64,000 nt of DNA from Octopus sinensis (taxonomy: Eukaryota), in NCBI RefSeq assembly GCF_006345805.1, contig NC_043000.1, positions 64,790,001-64,854,000 on the forward strand, given 5' to 3'. Positions 23,612 through 36,254 of the stretch are shown here, piece after piece. Numbering within the stretch: the stretch's first letter is position 1; the number at the start of each line of letters is the position of its first letter. The notes beneath the pieces are model-generated. The model did no database searches. It saw only the letters and a program-made list of their open reading frames with translations, and had not been told where the DNA came from. Position numbers and translations under genes: made by a program.

Positions 23612-26503
23612 AAGGAACACAGGTACAAGATTTTCTGGGCAGGGAACACTGATGGGGTTGGTGGCGTGGGTATACTTATCGCTGAGAAATGGGTAGATAA
23701 AGTAATTGAGGTAATCAGAGTATGCGACAGAATACTTAAGATTAGATTAGCACTTCATCATAGTTTAGCAACCATTATATCAGCCTATGCTCCTCAGTCG
23801 GGGCTACCTGATGGACAGAAAGACCGATTCTATGACACTCTACTGCAGACTACCTCGTTGACGAATGACAGAGACCTTCTCTTTGTGGCTGGTGACTTCA
23901 ATGGTCACGTTGGACGACATGCTGGGGGCTTCCATGGCGTACATGGAGGCTATGGCTTTGGTTCCCGCAACGAGGAGGGAACCAGGCTGCTGGAGTTCTG
24001 CGATGCAAATAATCTTATGATTTGCAACACTAACTTCAGGAAACCTACCAGCCACCTAGTCACCTACCGATCGGGCCAACATACCAGCCAAATTGACTAC
24101 ATCCTTGCCAGGCAAAGGGAGAGATGGCCACTTATAAATGCCAAAACCTTCCCAGGCGAAGAATGTACCCCACAACATAGACTGGTAGTTAGTGACTTTA
24201 GGATCAGGACTAGGAGGACAACCAGAAGACGACCAACATGAAGAAGAAGGATCTGGAAGCTTAAAGATCCTGCGAATGGACAGAGATTTAGGGACATGCT
24301 ACTTGAAGCCTTTGACGAAGTAGAAGGGGATAGAGTATCACATGGGGTAGAGGGCAACTGGACGTTTCTAAGGGACAACCTGCTGAGAGCCACTGACCAG
24401 ATCTGTGGCTGGTGCAAAGTCCCCTCCTGTCCCAAGGTAACGTGGTGGTGGAACAGTGTTGTAGACAGGGCTATTAGAGAAAAGAGACAGACCTGGAAGC
24501 ACTGGAAGAATGGTGGTAGCAGGGAATTGTATCAGATTGCTAAAAGGGAAGCTAGGAGACAGGTCTATCTAGCCAGAGGGGAAGCAGATAAGGAAAAATT
24601 TGCCAATGTACTGCGCCGTGAGGACCAAAGACTGGAGGTGTTTCGCGTTGCAAGACAGTGTGTGAGAGAGAATTGTGATGTGGTAGGAGAGAAGTGTGTT
24701 CGCATGGAAGATGGTTCACTTGCGCTAAACGAGGATGCAAAGAGAGAGGCTTGGAGACGCCACTATGAAAGGTTGCTGAATAAAGAAAACGAATGGGATA
24801 AAGAGAGTCTGCCGAATGTTGACCCAACAGAGGGACCAGCTATCAGGGTTGATAGTTCCTTGGTAGCTAAGGCAATTAGAAGCATGAAGACAGGGAAAGC
24901 CCCAGGCCCATCAGGTATCACTGCAGAGATGCTCAAAATATCTGGTAGTGTCGGATATAGCCTAGTCACCCGTATAGTTAATCAGGTGATACACAAAGGA
25001 GTCATACCCAATGACTGGTGTAGCAGCATGATAGTCAACTGCTACAAAGGTAAAGGTGATGCCCTAGATACAAATAATTACAGAGGTATCAAGCTGTTGG
25101 ATCAGGTGATGAAGGTTACAAAGAGGGTCATAAGCCAACTAATTGGAGAGAGAGTTAGTTTAGATGAGATGCAGTTTGGGTTCATGCCAGGGAAAAGTAC
25201 CACTAATGCTATATTCCTGGTAAGGCAGCTGCAGGAAAAATACCTAGCCAAAGATAAGCCCCTGTACCTGGCTTTTGTTGACATGGAGAAAGCCTTCGAC
25301 AGGGTCCCCCGATCCCTCATCTGGTGGTCAATGAGGACACTAGGGATAGATGAATGGTTAGTGAGAGCTATGCAAGCCATGTACAGGGACGCGGCTAGTA
25401 AGGTGAGGGTTGGCAACGAGTACAGTGAAGAATTCCGGGTAGAGGTAGGGGTCCACCAAGGCTCAGTCCTCAGCCCCCTCCTATTTATCATAGTCCTCCA
25501 GGCAATAACGGAGGAATTCAAGACAGGATGCCCCTGGGAGCTCCTCTATGCTGATGACCTTGCTCTAATTGCTGAGTCACTATCAGAACTGGAGGAGAAG
25601 TTTCAGGTGTGGAAGCAAGGTTTAGAATCGAAGGGCCTTAGAGTCAATCTAGCTAAAACCAAAGTCGTAATAAGTAGGAAGGTAGACCAATCACAAACGC
25701 CTTCAGGTAGATGGTCCTGCTCGATCTGTAGAAAAGGTGTAGGTAGAAACTCTATAAGATGCACCAAGTGTAAGCTATGGACACATAAGAGGTGCAGCAA
25801 TGTCAAAGGAAGGCTAACTAGGAAGATGGTTTTTGTATGTGGCAGATGCTTGGGAGCATTAACATCTGAAAGTCTGCAGAAAACAACTTCCATCACTTTC
25901 CAGGGGGTAAAACTAGAAGTAGTTGATAGCTTCTGTTATCTTGGTGACCAAGTCAGTAGTGGGGGTGGGTGTGCTGAAAGTGTAACGGCTAGAGTAAGGA
26001 TAGCCTGAGCAAAGTTTAGGGAGCTCTTATCTCTGCTGGTGACAAAAGGCCTCTCGCTCAGAGTAAAAGGCAGACTGTATGATGCATGTGTATGTACAGC
26101 CATGCTACATGGTAGTGAAACATGGGCTGTGACTGCTGAGGATATGCGTAAGCTCGCAAGAAATGAAGCCAGTATGCTCCGATGGATGTGTAATGTCAGT
26201 GTTCATAATCGACAGAGTGTAAGTACCTTGAGAGAAAAGTTGAACCTAAGAAGCATCAGTTGTGGTGTGCAAGAGAGACGTCTGCGCTGGTATGGGCATG
26301 TGACGAGAATGGGTGAAGATAGTTGTGTGCAAAAGTGCCACACTCTAGCAGTTGAGGGAACCTGTGGAAGAGGTAGACCCAGGAAAACCTGGGACGAGGT
26401 GGTGAAGCACGACCTTCGAACTTTAGGTCTCACCAAGGAAATGACTAGAGACCGAGACCTATGGAAGTATGCTGTGCGTGAGAAGACCCGGCAAGACCAG
26501 TGA
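23612..26503 (+). pseudogene. RTE ORF (partial APE, RT, PHD-like finger); one frame, two nonsense codons
   Basis: ORFs 23450-24241, 24296-26008 and 26039-26503 share a frame. Motifs GVGILI, ISAYAPQ, AGDFNGHVG, SQIDYIL, KAPGPSG, NYRGIKLL, DMEKAFD, GVHQGSVLSPLLF, YADD, GRGRPRKTW. TGA at 24239 and 26006. Confidence 0.95.
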
Positions 26504-26580
26504 GAACAGTCAAAATCAAGCCAAATCAACATCAGTGGAAATTGCAGCTGTGGTTAAGCGAACCATCCAATCATTTGTCT

Positions 26581-26933
26581 GTTGCCAGCCTCGTCTGGCC
26601 CCCATGCCGTTGGCACGTAAAAGCACCATCTGCTCGTGTCCGTTGCCAGCCCCGCCTGGCCCCTGTGCCGTTGGCATGTAAAAGCACCATCCGCTCGTAT
26701 CCGTTGCCAGCCTCGCCTGACCCCGTGCTGGTAGCATGTAAATGCACCATCCGTTCGTGTCCATTGTCAGCCACGCCTGGCCCCCGTGCCGCTGGCACGT
26801 AAAAGCACCATCCGCTCGTGTCCGTTGCCAGCCTCGCCTGGCCCCCGTGCCAGTGACACGAAAAAACACCATCCGTTCGTGGCCGTTTGCCAGCTCTGTC
26901 TGGCACCTGTGCAGGTGGCACGTAAAAAGCACC
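26581..26933 (+). repeat. About six tandem ~61 bp units in the RTE 3' UTR
   Basis: Unit approx gttgccagcctcgcctggcccccgtgccgttggcacgtaaaagcaccatccgctcgtgtcc. Confidence 0.95.
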
Positions 26934-27943
26934 CACTACACTCACGGAGTGGTTGGTGTTAGGAAGGGCATCCAGCCATAGAAACACTGCCAAATCTGAC
27001 TGGGCCTGATGAAGCCTTCCGGCTTCACAGACCCCAGTTAAACCGTCCAACCCATGCTATCATGGAAAACGGACGCTAAATGATGATGATGATTAAATTT
27101 AGGTTTTAACCATGAATTCCTACACAGCAGAGCAATAAATTTCAATAATGTAAGATATTAGGCTAGCTAATGTTGTTGTTGTTGTTGTTGTTGTTCAAAC
27201 GTTATCAATTACAGTCAAAAAACATGACATCCCAGTCTTGACAATCCTGTCTTATTGTTTACAGATAAAATATGTCAATGTGTCCTTCCCTTTTTTTTGA
27301 TATGGTAAGTTGTTATCAGAGTAATCTTGTAGATAAGAGGTGGGGGAATATTTATAATTTGGTGTGAATTGAAAGTGTATAAATAACTTTAAGGATGCAT
27401 CTTTTCTAAGGAAAAATAAAAAAAAAAACTTTAATTTTAAAAATATATATCATCTCCTCCTGATCCTCCTGCTCCTCCCCTCTCCTCACCCCTTCTTTAC
27501 ATCCACCCTTTTCTCATGCTAGCATTAGTTGGACACAAGACAAATTAGAGCCAGTATTCTATGACTGGATGCTTTCTCTGTCACCAACCCATTCCTAAAT
27601 TGCAAATTATATTAATTTCTTATGTAGGCATAAGGCTACAAAAACTGGAGGAAGTGGATAATCAATTATAGTAATTTAAAGACCCACATTATACCTAAAA
27701 TATCCTTCATGGTGTAAAGTGCCCTACCCACCTAACCTATCGCTCTCTAACTTGTACATCCACACCCATTTGTCTATCTCCTATGACAGCCCTGAAATGA
27801 GGAGGCCCACACTGGTCCTAATTCCACCCATGTGACTTTCCTCACTCCTCCTCTTCTGGTATGTTCCCTCAGTCATTGACATCATTGACCCTTTCCTCCC
27901 AGTTCACCTCATCTCCACAGTGTACCAGTAGACTGTGGTATAT

Positions 27944-28082
27944 CATATGAGAGCCACTGAAACCCCAGCTTCCTTATTGATGTAACAGCCTTTCTTGTGT
28001 ATAAGTAGGTGCAGAATGTGATGATTGAGAATGGCTAACTGGACATTCAAATTATTTAAGCAACAGCACATTTTAGCACTGG

Positions 28083-28126
<44 letters not shown>

Positions 28127-28380
28127 ATGCGTGTGTGTGTGTGTGTGAGCACATGTATACTCTTTACTCTTTTACTTGTTTCAGTCATTTGACTGCGGCC
28201 ATGCTGGAGCACCACCTTTAGTCAAGCAAATCGACCCCAGGACTTATTCTTTGTAAGCCTAGTACTTATACTATCGGTCTATTTTGCCAAACCGCTAAGT
28301 TACAGGGGCACAAACACACCAGCATCGGTTGTCAAGCGATGTCGGGGGAACAAACACAGACACACAAACACACACACACA

Positions 28381-28423
<43 letters not shown>

Positions 28424-28763
28424 CGATGGGCTTCTTTTAGTTTCCGTCAACCAAATCCACTCACAAGGCTTTGGTCGGCCCTAAGCTATAGTAAAAGACA
28501 CTTGCCCAAGGTGCCACGCAGTGGGACTGAACCCGGAACCATGTGGTTGGTAAGCAAGCTACTTACCACACAGCCACTCCTGTGCCATATGAGAGCCACT
28601 GAACCCCCAGCTTCCTCATTTATGTAACAGCCTTTCTTGTGTATAAGTAGGTGCAGAATGTGATGATTGGGAATGGCTAACTGGACATTCAAATTATTTA
28701 GGCAACAGCACATTTTAGCACTGGAGCAAACACACACACGTGTGTGTGTGTGTGTGTGTGTGT
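27944..28763. repeat. ~200 bp direct repeats (27944-28150 and 28586-28763) enclosing a family A SINE
   Basis: Six differences over about 145 bp of non-microsatellite sequence. Confidence 0.93.
28159..28586 (-). mobile_element. SINE family A, full length
   Basis: Tail tactctttactcttttacttg at the left; head ...cacacagccactcctgtgcc at the right. Confidence 0.95.
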
Positions 28764-31378
28764 GCAAAAATATACACATACAAGGGGAGAGAGAGAAAGA
28801 GAAAGGGAAAGAGAAAAGAGCGAGAAAATGATAGAAACATTTAAAATGTCTGATGTCAAATAACTCAGCATTGAATGAGTGACACCAAAATGGCTATGCC
28901 AAAGTGTCTCATACCCAAATAAGTAGTAGATCCAATTTGTTCTCTGATTTAATATTATATAGTATTTGAGTGCTTTTAGCACTCAGGTCTTTGGTGAAAG
29001 GACAATTCATTATCATGCCGTGCTGCTTTTTTCTACGATAACCAATGAATCATGGTTTCTTCTCTTTTTCTTCTGTCATGATTAAAAATCCAGAGAAAAG
29101 CATCATGTCTGTCCTTCTGCCTTTGATTAAGCCATTAAAAAAAAAAAAACACTGAATATTTCTTTAAGATCTACCTTCTGCTATCTAATTTTTTATTTGC
29201 AACCATTAAAGAGGAACATTAATGGCACTGATCTCAGCAGTTTCAGAGAATATTGTGAAGGCCACAAACTCAGCATCTTCTTTGAAATTAAACAAATAAA
29301 AAAAGATGTTTTGGTAATTAATATATTATGCATTAATAATTATTATTAGATTGCATTTTATATACATAAACCATATGAATAAGTTGTGTTAAAATGTCAA
29401 AGATTAATTAAAAAACATGTCTTGGGAATAGTATTCTTATAAACTAAAAAAAATTGATTCAAAGAGCTTTTTACTTCCTAACTCAAGGGAATATTTTTTG
29501 CTAAATTAATAAATTTCTACACCACCCTCTTGATAATTTCAAATATTATATAATTCTTAACTGTAACCTCTCATATTTTCCATATGTCTACCAAATTGAC
29601 CTTTGCATTTATGTAAGCTACGTAACAGTTTCCATCTCATAACAGACTAAGTATGTGTCCAAAATAAATTATAAAGACACCAGAGAGTATGTCTGAGGGC
29701 TATAAGTCTGGCACAGCTGAATCTCTATGAGAGAAGTTTGATATTACATAATTTATATTGTATCATACACATATTCCAGACATAGTGTTCTATTTCTTGA
29801 TAGTTGAGTTCACAAGTATAAGAGCTTCTGTTGCTGAGAAATTTCTAAGGAATCTCAAGTTGTTGCTGTTTAACACCAAGTCAGATTTGAGTGAGCAAAC
29901 CTGTACCTGAAAGCATTACACTCATGGAAAACCTCATCTTTTTTGGAGTATGTAGGAGTACAATACCCATTATGCCCTCCCTTTTTTAATTGTAGCAAGG
30001 GGGTAAATTTAAGGGAAATTTGATTGCTATTTCAAGTAGGTCAACTAATAATGAATAATGGACAGACATCTGTCATTGGTTCAAGAGGTTTCCAGAGAAT
30101 AAACACTCAGACTTGGAGATACATCTCAAATTTTAAACCAATATTTTTTTAGTCATGAAATTTTAAAACATGCATAAGAAGGCATTAGAGAGTTATGTAA
30201 GACTTAATTAAGGTTAATATGTTATCACAACAGCTCAAACACTTAATATATTTTTACTTCAGAATAGACACCTCAATTTCCTGACTAAATGTAATAAAGG
30301 TAACTTCTAAAAGGATTAAATAACTTATCGTCCGATCTTACACATTATACATTAGATATTATAACAAGTTCCATTGAGGAACCAACACTTAGATGAAGCA
30401 TCAGGAACTAAAATAATAAGGTTATAAGTAAAGCACAACATTCTTTCTAGATTTTATATTAAAACTTAAGGATCTTAAAAGGTTTTATTACTAGATTAAA
30501 TCTAAGAGGCTGCATGTCAAAAAGCAGTGTATATTCTAATGATTCTAATCTAATACTTGTGCATATTCAATGTGCAGACAGTATCATGCTGAATATCTAA
30601 AAAGAGTTTTAGCTATATTTATGCACATACATATATAGCAATGCATTGGTAAAGAACCACATATATGTCGCCAATATTATTAAACACAGTCGACTACCTA
30701 CTATTATGCACATACATAGAAAATTCTCAATTTGGAATATATGTAGCCCACAATCTTATTAAAGATCCATAACGCAGCTTGAAGCCAATATGTTTGTCAT
30801 GTTTGAAATTAAATTCTCTGTGGATGTGAGGTTGTTTGGCTGTAGCATTTACATTTGCACTGCCCATTCCACTTACCTATTTTCAACACTCAGTTCTCTA
30901 AGAAATAAATTTTTCCTTCTAGTGTAACCCATTTTATGCTTATCAAAGTTTACATTCTACGTACACTATTAATCTTCTCAAACCTGGCAATATTTCAAAA
31001 GAAGAGGAAATAATAAAAAAAAAAAGAGAATAAAAGAAACAAGTAAATTTAGCAATTCTTCATTCTTGCAGTGCAATAGTATTCATTGAGTAAGAGACTT
31101 GAGTATACAAAAAACCTTAATCTCTGGCTCCTTACTTCTCATTTTTTTTTCAGAAAAACTAGAACTTCATCTATCATATACATTAACACTCTGTCCGGTT
31201 ATATTATGCACCACATTTATGCATGTGTGTCTGACAGTCTGGCAGACTGTATATTAGATAAAATTCATCAACATATATTTATGTTTCTCGTGATTCATTT
31301 CATATTACCCTTCATATACATAATAATGATAAATCACTCCTGAATCACAACCACTGTCTTGGGCCATGTGTGTTTGTG

Positions 31379-31426
<48 letters not shown>

Positions 31427-31604
31427 TGCATGTGTGTGTATGCGTGCGAGTGTATGTGTGTGCATGAGAGAGAGAGAGAGAGAAATGTGTATGTCTGCTT
31501 GTGAGAATCTATATGTGTGTATGTGTGTATATGTGAATGCAAGTATATATGTATATGTGTGTATGTGTGTGTGTGTGTGTATATATATATGTATTCAATA
31601 TGTG

Positions 31605-31815
31605 ATCGCGTGTGTATCGTTGGCGATTTTTTTCCCTCCATTTTCCCTTCCTTGGATCTTTCCTTTTCCTATGTTTCTGATGAAGAGCTCCGCTTGAAAT
31701 GTTAAATCCTCCTTCTTTCTTTCCTTTCCTGAGCGTCCAATAACACTATACTTGTTCCACGTCCTCGCGTTGTTGTGTTTTCTCTTTGTGTTTTCATGTT
31801 TGGATTAACTATATA
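31605..31815 (+). mobile_element. Penelope-type terminal fragment with hammerhead-like core
   Basis: CTGATGA-a-GAGC-tcc-GCTT-GAAA at 31677-31699; related sequence inverted at 44480-44620. Confidence 0.55.
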
Positions 31816-31871
31816 TATTGCTAGCATGGAAAGCGGGTGCTAAACGATGATGATGATGATGAATATATATA

Positions 31872-31916
<45 letters not shown>

Positions 31917-31959
31917 TGATAAGCATGCATGTGTGCACATACACACATACATACACAAA

Positions 31960-32113
31960 TAAGGGGTGCCTGAAAGTTTCTGGCTTTGGGTAAAAGAAAA
32001 TACAGGAGGATCAGTTAATCATGATTCCCCTTTCATATTCTCACATTGCAGCAGTCCTTCTGTAAAAAGAACTCAGAAGGTTGGGTCTCCAAGAACTTTT
32101 CAGCATCTCCTTG
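31960..32113. mobile_element. Mariner-derived MITE
   Basis: aaggggtgcctgaaagtttctgg ... ccaagaacttttcagcatctccttg|ta; TIRs similar to 55634-55886 and 6698. Confidence 0.75.
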
Positions 32114-32379
32114 TATATAAACTAATAGAAGTACTCAGTGTTGCCTGGGTGCCAAATATGTAGAAACATATTTAGTTAAATTTAAATTACTTAACTTATA
32201 ACGAGTTTTTATGTAACACTTTTAGTATCTAATTATATTTGCATATATTTTTTATTGTAAATCAGATACACTTCTAAGTCAAATTCTTCCAGGTGTTTAT
32301 AATGTAAAGCTTTTGAGACTGTATTTATTGATATTTTTATATTTTGTGGTTTCAGAAAATATTAACTTTTATACTTTAT

Positions 32380-32855
32380 AGTGTTGTAAGAAGTTTGCTT
32401 ACCAGCCACGTAGTTCTAGGTTCAGTCCCATTGTGTGGCACGTTGGGCAAGTGTCTTCTACTATAGCCTTGGGCTGAGCAAAACCTCATGAGTGGATTTT
32501 GTAGTTTGAAACTGAAGAAAGCCCGTCATGTGTGTGTGTGTGTGTGCATGTGTATGTATATTTGACAATATATATGTGTGTGTGTGTGTGAGTGTGTGTA
32601 CTTGTATGTATATATATATATTATGTGTGTGTGTGTGTGTGTGTCTGTGTGTATGTGTTTGTCCTCTACCACTGCTTGGCAGCTGGTGTTGGTGTGTTTA
32701 CATTCCTGTAACTTAGCAGTTCAGTAAAAGATATTGACAGAATAAATATCATGCTTAAAAAAATAAAATAAATGACTCATTAGACTAAAAATTCTTCAAG
32801 TTGGTACTCAAGCATGGTCACAGTCAAACGACTGAAACAAGTAAAAGATAAAGGA
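32380..32855 (+). mobile_element. SINE family A
   Basis: Head slightly truncated, internal (TG)n, tail present. Confidence 0.88.
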
Positions 32856-34499
32856 TAAGAGGTCTTGTAATTCTAAATTGATATGCAACACATATAACAG
32901 AGGCAATTCTAACAGAAATATGGGCTATTCAGAAAGAATTCTGGGAAAGACAACATTTCTTGTTCTGTGATTTGGAGTTCTCATGGGAGGATGTCTGCTT
33001 GTTCCAATATGTGAGCAACACAGAATTGACTATGACTTAACTTTTTAATGCCAGCAATGTTAAGGAACTATCTTTTAGACTCCTTGATGGTCACAGAAAA
33101 TGGCAATATCAGTGGAAACTGAAGGTGTATGAACTGGAATAACATATCTAAGGAGATGAGGGGAACACTTGTAATGAAAATATCTGTTCTTTTGGTCCAA
33201 TTTGTCACAATAGTAGAATTGATCATATGGGACATAAGCATTTTTGACAGATTTACATTGCTTTGGTGCAGCCAGAGTTTATGGCAATGTGATGGGTGCT
33301 GCTACTTTCAGTCGCAGATTGTACGGAGAGTGCAGAGAATTGAGAAACTGTTGAATAGTTAGTGGAATAGTTAATGTTAACTCAGTTGTACTATCTGGTT
33401 TGGGTGGGTACCTTTTGAATGATGTTGACAGTAGTTGTTTTCACAGAGTGAATTTTTGGAGATAGGATGGTAGGTCCAGAAAACTAATCATGGTTCTATA
33501 GTTTTGTGAGAGGCTGAGATAACCTTTCAATAGCGTTTCTTGAGACATATTGACAATTTCATATTTTTATTGTGTTTCATATTTTTATTGTATTTTTGAC
33601 TTTTCCACTCTCAATGTCAACTGATAGCTGACCATTGCCCCACCCCACTACCATCCTAAAGCAGAACTTTTGCAAACTGGCCTGTTAGTGAATTTGTATT
33701 AAGTTAACTCTCATTTTAGCAGAAAGATAAAGTTCTCCCAATATAGATTTCTTTGAGGCATTCTCTCAACTCAATAGCAAATGTTCTTTTTGGCATGATT
33801 CGTAGAGTTGGCTCTCTTCTCTAAATGATCTCAGAATTCATCCTGCTAGCCTCAGCACATTCTTACCATTTTAGTAATAAAACGTGCATGAAACAATACA
33901 TCATTACTTATTTTTTCTCCCTGATTATGCACTAACTGTGATTCTAGAAAAGTGTATGTGCTTGCAGACTTGCAAGATAGAGGGGAACCTCAGCCAAACT
34001 TCTCATGGGTAATGAACAAAAAATATAAATTCTTCTGGGCAAGCAACAGTGATGCTGTGGAGAGTGTAAACATACTTTTGGCAGAGAAATAGGTAAAGTA
34101 ATTAATGTAGTCAGAGAGTGAAACAGGATAATTAAACTTAGACAAATCTTAGAAAACATGATAGCAACATTTATCTCTGCATATGCTCCTCAATTAGGAC
34201 TGGCAGATGAACATAAGGGACCAATTTTGTAATGTCTCCAGTGAGAACAATATATGACAATAGAAAGTATATTAAGTTACTTCTTTAACCACTTGGACCT
34301 TATTCTTTCATAGATCTAAAATGATGATCAAAATGGAGTAGCTCTTGTATTTATGACTGTCCTGATAAGATTAATGGTAATTATGAATAAGCCAAAAGTT
34401 TGTATGAAAGATTGCTGGAAAGAGAAAGAGAAATTTGTAATGAAAAAAGCCATTCTCTTGGGAAGAAAAATGAAGATCAAGATTTAAAGCTTTCAAAAA

Positions 34500-35670
34500 T
34501 CATCTTCTGAGAGGAAATACCACTGATGATATGAAAATGAAACCCCTACTTATGTATCACTCCAAAAACCCAAAGTCTTTCAACTGTTATGCGAAGTTTA
34601 ATTCACCTCTGATTTGGCATTCAAATAAAGCATGGATGACTAAGAGAATTTTCAAAGAGTGTTTTACAAATATTTTGTGATCTGCTGTAAGAATATAAAG
34701 TGTCAGATGTAATATTTCCAACAAAGCATTGTTCCTTTTAAACAATGCATAAGTCACCCAGTGAATTTAAAGGAGCTTTCTGATAATGTAAGAGTAGGAT
34801 ATATATCTAATAATACAACTTCTTAGTTCCATCCAATGGAACAAGGTGTGAAAGCTAACTTCAAGGCATATTATCTGAGAAGACCTTTAAAACAACCTAT
34901 GAAAGCAATTGACAAGGAGGATAAACTTACAGTTAGAGATTTTTAGAAGAAATTAAACCCCAAAAACATTCATCTTTGAATTTAGAAAGATACATGATAA
35001 ATGTATGATCAGAAAGGTATTTGTGACACTTGCAAATGATAAAGGGTTTGTTAGAACAAGCTGAGGATACAGATGAGAATAAGAAGCTTAAATTGAATCC
35101 TCTTAAATTGACTGCAAAGAATATTACTAAAGGGGTGGCACTTATACTGGAAAGGTTATAAGATTTTGCTAGCAAGAACACTAATTGTAAACATAATATA
35201 AAAATTACACTGAGCTCAGCTCCTACACTGAGTTATACAAACAGATAATGCACCATAAACATCAAACAGTTGTGGATAAGTTCTTTGCCTCTTGGGTAGA
35301 TGCTGATGATAATGAACTACAAGATCAAGACAGCATCCCTTATCTACCCAGTAACACTCATTCCACCACAATTTCTCACATAGCAGTCAACATGTTTTGT
35401 GGCAAGAATTACTTTATTACAATATTACAATTCTTATTTACTCCTTAATGTATTTTTCTTCAAAATTTTTTTATGCATATTTATTGTACAGAGCATGTAT
35501 AGAATTTGATATTTTCATACATAAAAATGGTCGTGTTGTTTGCTGTTGTCCAAAAAAATCCATTGGCATGTATTATCACTTTATTACATGAAAATCAATT
35601 GGAAAATTTATTTCATGTTATGGCAAGTTTTCAGGAACATATACTTCAGTAACACAAGAAAATCCTATAT
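34500..35670 (+). mobile_element. Tigger/pogo transposase remnant plus probable 3' end
   Basis: RGNTTDDMKMKP.LMYHSKNPK...IWHSNKAWMT...KALFLLNNA*SHP...NTTS*FHPMEQGVKANFKAYYLRR matches the pogo DDE_1 pattern (LDNAxxH, NTTSxxQPMDQG..FKxxY). Extent past 34960 is uncertain. Confidence 0.8.
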
Positions 35671-36254
35671 TACAAACATAACAAAGTTATGATAGTATGA
35701 TTGCTGAGACAAATACTTATTTTTTTTTTAATAAAACAATAGAATCCAAGGAAACCATGATGGTTTGCGTTGGCAAACAGTAATGTAAAGAGTTCAAACA
35801 GTCAGTGGAATAAATGTTATGCTGTGATGAAGTAAAGAAGTCTAACACTTACAGCAGAATTTTTTGTTAGAAAGCGATGAAATTTCTGCTTGTATTGTTG
35901 GATAAATATATTTGCAGTAACTTCTCTTAATCCTCATGGCATAAAATTTATTCCACTGTTTGAAATATTTATAATTTTTTCTTTTTATACCCTAGCATCC
36001 AAATTACCAATGGAAATATATATGTGAATTTATATTCTGAGTGATATCTTTTAAAAATTTTGTTGAGAACACACACAATTCACATAAACATATGAGGAAA
36101 AAAGACATAACTCACTGTAATGGGGATTAGTGAACAGAGGTAAAACAATTCATCCTTACTTTAATCCTAGGAGAAAGCGGCAACAGGTTACACTGTAAAA
36201 CCAAAAAAAAAAAAAAAGCAGAAAGAAGTCTATTCCACTGTGTGGATGCATATC

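Larger units (their letters stand above)
23551..27093 (+). mobile_element. RTE-clade LINE, 5'-truncated within the endonuclease, with 3' UTR and (GAT)n tail
   Basis: Single reading frame with EN and RT; 3' end catggaaaacggacgctaaatgatgatgatgat. Confidence 0.95.

Noticed and set aside
26581-26933. CRISPR-like regular repeat
   Set aside because: Contiguous tandem units with no unique spacers, inside a LINE 3' UTR in a eukaryote.
32950-33520. Possible Penelope RT N-terminal remnant on the minus strand (…STDIAIFCDHQ…)
   Set aside because: The similarity rests on one weak motif; too degraded to call by eye.
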